Shown piece by piece: positions 1-12,300 of a stretch of 64,000 bases of DNA. Source of the stretch: Fimbriosthenelais zetlandica (lineage: Eukaryota); NCBI GenBank assembly GCA_977030845.1, contig OZ365113.1, positions 14,074,001-14,138,000 on the forward strand, read 5' to 3'. Each line of letters starts with the position of its first letter. Within the stretch, counting starts at the first letter, position 1. The translations under genes and the position numbers were made by a program. The notes under the pieces were generated by a model. It did not search any database. It was not told where the DNA came from and was given only the letters and a program-made list of their open reading frames with translations.

Positions 1-3000
1 CTCCCTAGAGGCCTATAACAACGTATAATCAAGCACGAGCCACTCGTATGCCGCTAGCAGGAAATGTGAGATGTATTACTATTTAAATGGGAGGACGGAA
101 CACATTATTAAATAAACTACTTAGGATCATTATACCGTAGTATAAAATGACTGGTGATCATCAGTATTTTAATTCATAACTTTGGTCTAATCTAGAATAA
201 TATTCAGTGCAATGTAACTTAAAGCGCTCAAAAACATCAAGTATAATATGATGATAAATGAGACGTACTTTATATTTTTATTCACGAAACATTTCTAAAT
301 GTAATTTCGCTGCTCTCGATATGAAATTTATTGGTTGAGGCAATATAGCCTTCTTCAAACCACTCGCTTCACTTTTTGCTCAGCACTTGGTAATTATAGC
401 AATTTAAAAGGCAATTAGACCTAGGGACTGTGATTAAATTAGGCTGGGTAATAACTGATGCGGGTTCTTGAGAATGCTATTCTGGCCTTTGTTAGCTCGT
501 TACACTTGGCTTGGAGATACATGGACTTCTTTAAGGCATGCCTCCTAAGAGTGATATGCATCGCAAAGTAGGAGCCGGGATGGCTACATCGATAGATTAA
601 ATTATATCCAGAAACTAATAATAGAAAGTTAGCAGTTTAACAATCAATTATCAATGGGTATGTATGGAAGATGAATATTCTTAGAGAATAATGTTTTTCT
701 CAAGTAATCAACGTAACATAGATCTATTTGCTGGAGCTTTGATCTGTGAGTATTGGCAGAAGGCAGATGACTGCCATTTGTAGATTCAAATTAATTCACT
801 GTGTTTGAAATTCACACATCTGTCATCTGATTTGGGTCTGATGTTTGTGAAGTTGGGTGTTGTCCATATTGTCAACTGCAAACAGCTAACAGCAAGCTTT
901 TTGATCTTTCTGCGGGATGCTTTCATTTACAGGCTGAAGAATTGCTGATATAAATTCAAATCTCTCCTGTGACGTCAGTAGATGGCCAGAGAGTAAAATG
1001 ATTTATCCCCTTCTAGCATCACATGCTCATTTATAGAGGCTATTCATGGTATAGTTTATATGGTAGGTACCGGAGAGCAGCACTGGGAGGTATAGGCCCT
1101 ATGCTTGGAATGGTCGATCTTCAAGGTAATAAATCGCTTTAATAAAATACCAAGGCCAGGTCTGCAGGAGGGGGATCAGAGCGAAAAATAGACAAATGTA
1201 TGGGGAATAAGCGTTGGCTAATTCATAACGACTGCGGACAATCTGATTGAGGCTATATTATAAGACTGTTGTCTTCATTTATTTATATTGTATTTATATG
1301 CTATTCTGTTTGGCAGGCTTTCCATGCCATGGAAGCCAAATGAATCGACTGAAGGATTAAATTAAATGCATGTTTTTTTTGCGAATGAAAAGTGGCTAAT
1401 TAGAATTGGTTCTCATTTTGCCAAACATAACCATGCTCTGCGAGAAGCGTGGGATGAGGTCAATGCAATTGATTCTCATGACAGGCAAATAATCAGGTAA
1501 CATTTGTCCCCGACCTGAGAGTAGCTCAGATATCAACTGGCTTCGATTGAATGATGAATTATTGATGGCTCTTCGATTGAATCATTCTCTGTACTTTCAA
1601 CAATCGGAAAGGGTAATAACCTCACTCTTCAACCTCTGAGCGCAATTTTGTTTGCACTGAAGCCATTCATGTACTATTCATGAAATCAACTAACAAGTAT
1701 TTGCCTAAATTGCTAAGAGTACTTGTCACGATTCAGAAATTGTATCCACCCCTTGAATACATCTCCGCAATTGCATTTTATGAACAATTAATATTTTACT
1801 TGGTCTAAAGTCAAGGCCATCTGCATTTTCGAATTTAAGAATCCGTGCGCAGGCCAAATATTGAGGTATTTCCAGTCTGGAGTGGGCAGAACAGATTGCC
1901 ACATGGATTTATTGGACAGTTCTCACACAGATCACGTTTCCTGTCTCTAGCAGCACAAATTAGTCTTTTCAGTCAGCCACCCACCAAGTCCTACTGGCAA
2001 ACAGAAGGAAAGCACATTCTCGGACAAGGATCGATTCAGGCAAATGATGTTTGGAGTCTGGCCATCAGAACCAGCCTGGACTAAGTAAATCTAACTACAG
2101 ACCTTCCTGTTTCTGACTTCTTACTCAAGTAAACCGGCGTCGATAGTTGAGTTCAGGAGCAGTATGAAGTTGTGTAAGTCTATGTATGACTATGGCAGGT
2201 TGAGGCCGTGATCGTATATAAGTGGAATGATCATTGGCAAGTATATTGAGAAAGAGGTGTTAATCGACATCATTCTCCTGTGGATGGTGAATTTCAAGCC
2301 CATGGGAAATCAAATCTCCTATTGCCTTGAATATCCCCTGGGATACTTTCAGGCTAAATTTATGTAACATTTCTTAATGGTACTTATTTATTTATAGTAA
2401 AACATGTTTACTTTAATTGGCTTATTTGGTAATCGGATTTTGATCAATTTCCGATAAAGTATTATTCATTCTTGATATTCGAAGTGTTCAGCTTGGTACC
2501 AAAGCGTCTAAAAGAAATGGGAGGGATTTATTTATGTTAACCTGAACCTTGTTGGATTTGTTCATGGCGTGCATTCACCTTTTTATTTAATCTGTATCTA
2601 CTAAGATTTAATTCCACTATATCCAAACAGTCAATGCCGAATCAGGATTGGGAATGATCACTTAAGCTTTAGCCACCCCCACCCCCACCCCTCCAGAGAT
2701 TCAATTCTTTGATACTCAAAGCAATCGACTGGAAAAGGATCTTAGGATGGTAACGTAGAGGCAGGGAGATTCGGTTTGCCCTGCAAATACACAGGTGGAG
2801 TCCATAATCCAACCCCTCACTCACGAGAGACGGCCGTATCGCAGCCCTTGGAAGTGTGGAACCCCAAGTGAAGTGTCTGGCATTGGGCTCCTTTGAATAG
2901 TCAATTTTCCACCCCAACCTCTTCTGCCTGCTGCAAGCTGATCAGATCGAGGGGCACGATTGCAATTCAAAGTGGTCCATTGTGGACTGGAGGGGGCAGT

Positions 3001-4619
3001 TCCAGGAAAGCCAAGAAATGATAATGCCTGGGCTCCAGCCAATCATAAAGCCATTCCTTTCTCTGGGTATTTATCTTCAAATAAGATATCTTTCCATTGA
3101 TAGAACTTGTTATTTAACTGTCTAGATCTTTGACAAAACAAGAAGGATTCTCTTTATGTGGCCTGTCAGCACTCGGCCTTCCCTAGAAGGGCACCCCGGA
3201 GTTATTGCATGGCCAAAGTATATTTCCATTAGGCGGAAATGGAATCACAGTGACTGTGGGGAGGGACAGGCATTTAACAGCAGTGCAATGCTGGAAGAGG
3301 TGGTAAGGAGTCGTAATGGTAGCCACAGGTTCCCATTCAGAGCTGAATAGTCAGTTTTGCCATCTGATAAAAGCCAGGAAGTAATCTTCACTGGCTCATC
3401 TCTAATTTTCTAAATGGGTATCCATCACAGGTTCCATTAGAGACAGGTGTCATCAGACATGGGTGGACTAGTGCATTTGCCGATTCATTTGCTACTCTCT
3501 CTTTGCATTTACTGATGCAATTATCAGGTCTCTTTGATGTTCACAATGCATCAAGTTATGCTCTCAACTGACATAAGAAACATAATCTGTGGTCTCAAAG
3601 GGCTGATACTAACCATTTAAAAGTCAGATGGTGGGGAGCCACTCTCATTTGGTCTATTAAATTGTATAATCCTGTGGTACCATAATATGTTTAAAGATCT
3701 GCTGAGATGTAGCTGAAGCAACAGATTTTCTTGATATTTTCTTATACGTAGAAGATGAGACAGATGACATACCAAGCTGTGGTGGGAATACCATTAGGGA
3801 CAGAAGCACTTACATCAATAGTCGACTAAGCTTTGGTGACAAACAGGAAGGCAGCAGTGTGGTGCATATTGGTATCTATACTCTGTCTGGTGGCACTAGA
3901 TAATGTGGCTTCAGAGCTATCAGGACTGGCTTCAGTCCAGAGCTGCTATCTGAAGCTCCACACTGATAGGTTGGAATGGGAGTTGACAATTATTCCTGGA
4001 TGCCAGCCCGTTTGGTGCGTGGGTAGAATGACTGAGTGTGAACTCTAGAGAAGTAGATGCCTGCCAAGTCCCCATAGACATCGACGTTTAGGAATATCTT
4101 ACTCTAAACTATTTAAGTCTTCTCTCTAACCCGACACAAGCCAACAAGAAAATCCAGCCAGCTCCAAGGCAGGCATAGTCAATGGAATGTACCATTTATC
4201 CTGAATAAATCAGGTCCCATAGAGTGCCTTTGCCCATCTGACTTGGAAGGCGATAGGTAACTTGTCGCAGCAATTTTTCATACTGAGACTTACTTCCTTG
4301 CTGTATTTTGCTGTGGTTGCTAGAAATCTCCATGATAATGGAAGCTGTCTTACTTGCAACAAGACACTAACCACATACACTCAAATGTCAGCAACTTAAG
4401 ATCTAAAAGGGCAGACCTCCTTTAATAAGCCTATACATCCGGAGTGGCATCACTGCATGGACATTCCTTTGTGAATTGGAATTGAATATCTGATTTTTGT
4501 CATTGACATCGCCCACACATATTACGCGCTGCTGATAAGAAGCATTAACATTCAGGCTGTATACAAGATGGAAAAGGGCAAAAAGCTCCAGCTACATATC
4601 GGCATATATATATACTCAC

Positions 4620-4727
4620 AATAGAGAGATCTACCGACCACCCACTGCGAGAAAAGCACATCAATCGGTTCCAACTAAGCAAATGCGCTATGGAGGAAGT
4701 CCTTTTAATCCTAACATGCTTCTGCAT
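4620..4727 (-). CDS. Candidate 108-nt phase 0/0 exon downstream of the zinc-finger exon
   Basis: Acceptor cctctctttttag| and donor |GTGAGT; open only in frame 0 (MQKHVRIKRTSSIAHLLSWNRLMCFSRSGWSVDLSI). Lacks the expected WxCxxC. Confidence 0.25.
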
Positions 4728-6834
4728 CTAAAAAGAGAGGTCTGGGTACCTCGGCCTATTGTATGGTACACTGCCTCGTGCTATCTACCAATAGAGCAAC
4801 AGCATGGCCTATTCTAGACCAATCGTTTATGTTAAATATTGGCCAACGGGGAAAAGCGAACTGGGTTGTTTGTCTTCAAAAGAGAGGTTATCTTCTCTGT
4901 GCTTGGTATTGATCCATGTTCTCCAGTACTATGGATCTAGTGCAATGGCTTTTTTTCTGATCACTGTTCCTACCATTGGAACCTGTATTATGTAAGTGGA
5001 ATTGGAAACACTGGGGTACAATTGGCGAGTATGGGCTTCCTTTTGCAAGTCCATGTAAGCAGTCTAGTTACCACTTTTTTATGGCCTCCACGTGAGCTTG
5101 TCCTAAACACCTTCCCTTGAGAACTGGTAGACAGGGTGATCCATCTTAGAGCAAAGACACACAGTGCTGATAGAATCGATTCACTTAGAGGTGGACCCCT
5201 GATGGCTATGTTGCATGCAGTCAGAGCTTCTGGTCTTCTCTCCAAAGGAACACTGTAATGTCTGGGTATATGGCTCATTAAGTCGGTCTAGTCATGTGTA
5301 CAGAGTCACTTTTATTTTGTATGCTCATTGTCTTATCTACAAGGTCTCAGCTCATATAATTGTTACCTGGAGATTTGGCAGGAAATGCTTCTTATACTAT
5401 ATGCATATCTTGGGATGTCCACGAATGACAAAACATCCAAGAAAGCTATGAAAGATATGAAGAAAATAAGGTAATATAAGGTCCCCCAAAGCCCCAAATA
5501 CAGATCTGCTGCCTGAGATAGGGAGGCGCCAGCTGGGGCCATAACTTTAAGCAGCTATTGAGAACGCTAATCGTATTTCATTAAAACGATATGCGGCAGA
5601 CACGACCATTCACAGGGGGAAATACAGCAAAAACACCATAGCCGGGGGGATATAAAAGCTAACATCAATCTCCAGCGTCTGATGAATGGGTTGCTGAGAT
5701 GACATCTGAGGCACCCTCTCTATAAATAATTTATTGAATGAAATTGAAAGAAATGCTTTCATTCAATCATAGGAGGCCATCCAATTTTGAGGCAGTGTTA
5801 AACCCAAAGAAAAATCATTGGTTTACATCTGATTGGATATGGGTACTGCTTTTGAAATTTGTTTTATTCACAGTCACAATCAAATGAGTTTGCTTTGGGA
5901 AGACTAAATCAAATCTTGATATTGTGGACATACTGTTACTGATCTGTCATGGCCCAGCAGCACTGTTTGACCAACCACTCTCTAGCTCTCATTTTCAGCT
6001 GTCCTGTATACAGCCAGAAGGGAGGATATCTACCGGGCTTCATCGGTGCGAGACAATCCATTTTGGAGTGCACAAACATTTAATTCTGCCTCCATACATC
6101 AAAGACAATACAGCTGAACAATCTAGTTCACAATGGCTCCGATGAGAATTCAACAGCGGGCAAGGCGAAATACATTCTGCTCTTCCCTGGAGCTATCTTT
6201 TTATAATCAGACTGCCCTCTGTTCCATGGCAACAGGGGAAGAGCACCCTTGGGATAAGACCTAGGCCCATTTGATGGTATAGAGATTAGATGAAAGTGTC
6301 GGGAATGAGCATGAAGTATAGAAGAAGAATGCAGATTGCTTGTCATATAATATACAATACTGAAATCTCAATCTGATATTCTTGACACTACTATATGTGT
6401 GATAGTAATGGTTTCCAAGACAAGCATGATCTGATTTGACTATACAAGCTCTTTCAATAATTTAACTGTTTCCTAAATATACATGGAGTCTGCTTCAGAG
6501 CAAATTCATGATTCATTAGCCCGTAGACTAATCAATGGCATACATGTATATTAATTAATAATAGCCTATTCGTGTTGTTGGGTGGGTGCTGTACTAAATT
6601 AAATAATTTATTTGATTAATTCTTACTGTGAGTAGGGAAAAATAAGCAAGGAAATCACTGGTATGAGGTTAAAGGGACTGAAGTAAAAATACAAAGTCCC
6701 TTTACCCAGCTCTGTGCAGTTAATTACATTATGATCTCCGTGTGGTGAAGTGGAGCTTGTTCCCTTCAGGAAGGGACTAATCCAGAGGGGGAGGCAGATT
6801 GCCGACGTCAGCATGTTTTGCGATCAGCTTGCAA

Positions 6835-6895
6835 GAGCAGAGTTTCTTGCGAGTGCCAAACAAAACCAGATTCACTTGAATCCCAGTTGAGAATT
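6835..6895 (-). mobile_element. Short non-LTR (CR1/L2/Crack-like) RT remnant
   Basis: With small frameshifts reads QLGFK-ESVLFGTRKKL, resembling the LGKTESILFGxKRKL motif that follows the RT core in L2/Crack-type LINEs. No flanking motifs found. Confidence 0.35.
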
Positions 6896-9122
6896 CTCCC
6901 CAGAATAATTGGTTTGATTTGAAATGCACCCTATTGTGTAGTTGGCGGGGTTCCTCTTGTGCGATGCAAGCTCCTATTAATATTTTTCCTTTAGAGTGAT
7001 AGGCCTTGATCGCGTTTAAGCAAGCATGTACAGGAACAAAGCAGTAGTCTAGCTGAAGAATTGGTACTGCAGAAGGAACCTAAACTTAATATATTTGCAG
7101 GTTCGGCATCAGACCCTCCTCTCCACTACCTTCCCTGCCCTCTATCCTGGTTCTATTTGTAGTATATGCACGGGTCAGATAAAAGGCAGGCCGAGATGGC
7201 TTTACATGTATGTGACAGGGGGATAAAGGTTGATTGTTGTATGGCCAGGGGCAGAGAAGGGTCGAATGTGTGTCACTGGTCGCCTATATATAAAAGACTG
7301 AATCTTTTTAGTCATGTCATGAAGATCGATGGTACCAGGCTTCTCGCTCTATATCTGTATGTGTAATGGAATCGGTGGAAGCGGGACATCCTGCAGTGCC
7401 TAACGGGAAGGTCAGAGGCTGTGATATACATCATGGCAGTGCACTTCCAGCTAAGAAAATTTAAGGTAATTTAGGTAGTGAAAAAATTGATCATGATGAT
7501 CATTATATGAGTTCCAAATGGAGGGGTGCAAATTGCATTCATTCATTTTCGAATATACTGTATGAGTACCTGTCCCCAACAGGGAGACGGCTAGTCAGAG
7601 ATTGAATAAGAAATATCTCATGTAATATATTGATATGGAATGAGCACCCAGCAGAGGGGTTGTCACCATTACAAATGAGACTGGATGACCCGCTGAGACA
7701 TCATTTGTTGACCAGGGTGGAAAGCACCGCAAACTTAAGCAGGCCAGTCATCCCCCTATATTCCCACCACCTACTGGTAGGCTCTGGTAGAGCACCGCCT
7801 GAGGACTGCACCTGATGCGATAGGAATTTGAATTATTGATAGGTACCAATCTGCCTGATAGAAGCTGTACCAGCCTTGACAGCACTGCTGCCACTGCCTA
7901 CTCCCACATGTTGGGCTATGCTGCTCTTGCGTGAGTTGCAGGTTCAGTTAGAGGCGCAATAAAATCACTCTAGCTGCTGTTCTTCTGGTACTGGTAGGCA
8001 TGATCTTGCTCCTGGTTTCAACCCCTGTAATTTTATTGCTCTATTTTGTCATAATATTATCTACTCATCATATATCACCATGGTAGGCAGTCATAACATA
8101 TTTTCTGACATATCTTCTTTTGATTTTTGTCATTCATGTTTCTCTTGCTTCAGCAAGCCAGATATGACTCAGACACATTGATAGACGATCCTTGGTGCAA
8201 AAACATCACCATTAATATGTTTAACCATCTTTGAAAAGGGCATAAACAGTTTTAAAATGAATTGCTGCATTGCAAGGAAATAGTTGTAAATTGTTTTAAA
8301 TTGCTGTGAGTTTGTGGTGAGTCATTCTCGGACTGGTATTGGGTGATCAATGGGTTGGAAGGATTTCAAGTATGGCTGTGCTCATTTGAAACACCAGACT
8401 AAATACGGAGCTCGCGTGGACGCGGAGGTGGAGGCCCTGAAATAATATCCTAGATCAATAGAGATTGATTACGCTGCTTTGACAATGATGAGACCTCAAG
8501 ATTTGAGGTCAGCCTGATCCTGATTAACGTTATATAGACCTTGCTTTAACAAGTATGTTATTACTAAGCTCAACTACCTTGCCGGCTTTGCACAAAAATA
8601 ATGAATTCTTTTTCGACATTTAGAATTAAAGCAGTTGGACAATTGACTCCAAGAGCAAGGATTGACCTCCGTTGATACAAAAAATATAAATTTATGTGTT
8701 CGAGAACGCACAAAAACCTATGAGGGATCGGGTTACCAATATCTATCGACTAAACTTAAACAGTCTGGGCCCTGTAAGCTATGTATGAGAGCCTCATATT
8801 AAAAGATGGATCATCCAGAAAAAAAATGTTAACAATCAGAATAGATATGGCATAAGTTATTACATGCTGGAACACGTAGTTATAGTTATTGGGCTGGAAT
8901 TTAGCATCAAATTGATATTGAAGGAAAAGGGATGGGGCAATACACAGGAGGGTCCTACTTTATTTCATACAGAACCTGATAATGGTAAAGCCAATTTAAG
9001 GCCACCTAAGTAATACCAGGACCCCCAATATAATGCTACTTCTAGCTATCTATCAAATAAGACCTGAGATGTGACACAAGATTTCTATGCAATTATTGTG
9101 TGAGTCAAATTATGTGTCCTAC

Positions 9123-9312
9123 CTTGTTTTGAATGGAGCTATCGTAATATCCGCAGTCAAGACAAACCATTCGCTCGCAGTCTACACAACAGTTCTGGTT
9201 GTCTTCACGGAGCTCCACCATTGTACAGATAGGACATCTGTTCTCAGCCTCCTCCAGGGATTCCCTCTGTTCTACAGTGTTAGTCATTGAGGTAAAGTCA
9301 TCCTCTAGCTCC
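9123..9312 (-). CDS. PCLO: Piccolo-like gene, zinc-finger exon (probable exon 2)
   Basis: Acceptor tctgtctttcag|G (phase 2, compatible with exon 1) and donor AAG|GTAGGA (phase 0); 190 nt. Reads (R)ELEDDFTSMTNTVEQRESLEEAENRCPICTMVELREDNQNCCVDCERMVCLDCGYYDSSIQNK. The CPIC...NxCxxC...VCxxCG spacing is that of the Piccolo/Bassoon/RIM zinc finger. Confidence 0.85.
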
Positions 9313-12300
9313 CTGAAAGACAGAATCGGTAGAAGAAATTAATTATTTTATTGAATATGCAGGGAACAATTCCCATGTCGGAAATCATAAAATCATAAAG
9401 AGAAACAGAAGCAACAATGACACCATATATTTGTATACTGAATTTTCTACATCGTAATTGCCAGATTGTGATTCTGGCGTTGAATGTAAAGCTGTCGCAA
9501 ATTCCAACATTGGATTGAATTTATGGAGATATGAATTAATAATTTGGAATCTGGCAGTGAGGAGTCTCTGGCTACTTTACCATGCATACTCTATACAGAG
9601 ATCGACTCACATATTTATGGGAAAATAAGATCAGCCAAACACAATGTGGCAGCAGCATCTATACCGTTAAGAATACCAGAGTATGTCCTGCAAAACTATT
9701 GCTAGGAGCTATACATACATTGGATATTGCTATAACTCTAAGAAGGGGTGAAGCAGTACTGGACTGTCATACTCTATGGATTTATCCATGGCTAGATCAG
9801 ACATTTCTTGACACTCAAACATCTCTGATCATAGCTTGAAGCATAATACACTTTCCTTTCCCCTACCTCAGGCAGAATGCTCTTTGAAGCATCAAGTGCA
9901 ACGACCAAGAACTACAAGAAGGTAGATGGAATATCAAGTGCATCAAACAGTACCCATATTGACATATCTATGTTCACTATTAGGGGACATAATAAGAAGG
10001 TGTGGCATGGCGGCTTTTCTTAGTCCCAAGGACACATTAGGCCCGTATAGCCTAAAATAGTTCAACCGTGTTGGCAATATGTAAGAGAAAATCAAGACTC
10101 ATAAAGGATGATATTTGTGCTATACCTTATTGCCAATGGGTTGGCAAGGCAGGCTTTTTTATCCTACTATATATTTTTATCCTATACTCTTACCACCCTT
10201 CATTGTTCTTCTCATCCTATCATTCTGAGAGCAGCAATTTCCAGGCAGGAGGCATTCTCTACTATGAATATGATAGCACCTCTTTAAAATTACATAGGAT
10301 CCATGTGAAATCCTATATTGATCGCTCGAGCTTGGATAATATCAGCAGCTTTATGGAAATTACAGAACAGGAGCTGATTGTTGCGTCCAATGGCCATCAG
10401 GTAAAGTAATAAGGGACCATTTCTTACAGGCTAAAAATGCAATTCAGAGACAAACAATAGCCTTTTTTTGATGGAAATGAAAAGAACCTGCCTCATATCC
10501 TGATAGGGTATACCGAAGGCAGCGCAGCCACCACGACGACCACCATCACTAGACCACATCCTCTTACCAATGGCTCGACCAACCCCATCTCTCTATCCCT
10601 TCCATTCCACCTCATTAAATGATTCTAACTAATTTTGAATACCATCAGGTATAGTCAGATACTCATTCAATCTAGTGCTCACCTGAAAAAACCAGAAACT
10701 GGTTTTATCTTACTCCAGACCTGGTGAAGAAACGACATGTTGCTGGAAAGCTGCAGCTAGGTGAAGGAGCAATGGCAAACAGGAGGTGGGGTAGGAGGGA
10801 GCTCTAGGTGGCAGGATGCCTGTAATGGAGAGCCGGTTGCAGCAGTCTTCCTACCTCAGAAGCTTGCTTTCAAATGGCTCAAGCTATCCAGGAACCATTG
10901 CTCTTCAGGCATATAATATTACCAATGGAATGTCCAGGCTATGTGGTTGTTGCGATGAGGAAGGTAAAATCATGCTAATTGCCTTTGTCGTATACCCCTT
11001 ACAATTACCCAGCCTCCTGGGTAGGTCTGCCATCAGCAAGAACCTCGGTATAGGCATTGGAATGCACAATATAATTATACAGGAGGCCTTGCAGCAATAG
11101 ATGCAGCATATCCCAGCGTTAGAGGTTATCCAGGTATAGAGTGAGTGCATTTGTGCATGCCTGCATCTACGTATTAGCATCACAGACGTAAATTCTCCCC
11201 TGTCTTCTGCATGCTGCTGGCCATTGCTGCTACCATCACTGCACCATTCTCGCCCTTCATCAGCTCTTTCATCGCTATGGGGGTATTTCTTCAACAGGCA
11301 CGCCCTCAATGGTGACAGCTTGAACTAGCCTGGTATTGGTCCAGTTGCTTTAAAGGAGGTGCACCAAGAGAATAAAGTGCAAGGGTTCAGAGAGAGCAAG
11401 TTGTGCACCTGCTATAAGGCCCCAAGCATAACATACTTCATATTACGGCACAGAGGTATAGAGGAAGCCATATTACATATATATGTAACCCATTTCCGCC
11501 ACAGAAATTGCTGTCCTCGTAGGTGTTACTTGGTGAGCATTACCAGAAACAAACGAAGACTTAGGCGAACGAGGCCATTATGCCTACCAACCGTGTACAG
11601 CCTGGCCCGAGGCAAATCTCATGTCAGCCAGCAGTATACATGTATGCATGACATTCTTCTGCTCAAAATGTTGGTAGAGTGACTATTTTACTTTAGCCCC
11701 AGCGCCATTCAGACCTCGGGATACCATTCCCATGCTCGTCCCCAACAAATCTGATGGGAGGACAAATAAAGGAGACAGTTAGCCAGCCTGTGTGGCGGAC
11801 TTATCAGCTCGTTTTTACACCCTCATGCGGGTTACCGATGCTTTTAGTGCCTCAAAAGCAGTCATGTGGGAAGGCTGGAAAAATCTGATACCCTCCTTGC
11901 CAAATCAGGCAGAGAATGGAGAATGTTTTCTTCGAGCTGTTTGTGGAAAATGAAGCGAAGCTTTTTGCCTGGATATCTGCAGCTAAGTGGCAACCAATGT
12001 TATAAATTTAAAGAGGTATTTTCCCAGGTTACTACAGATTTTCCAAGATATAGCTGGCACTTGACTCCACTGACCTACCAACCACCAGGCATGATTGCAA
12101 TGAGAATATAGGTAAACATTAATACCTATCTGCTTGATGTACATAACTAATAGAACGGTCATAGCTCTCTCCATTCCAGTGTTTTATTGCTGTGGACCTC
12201 TTTTTCTACCTCACACACCGACTTAGCCACCCATCTCCTCTGTTTCCGCGGGTGGGTAGTCAAAGAAAACGGTGTTTTTACGAATATTGAGAAACACCAG

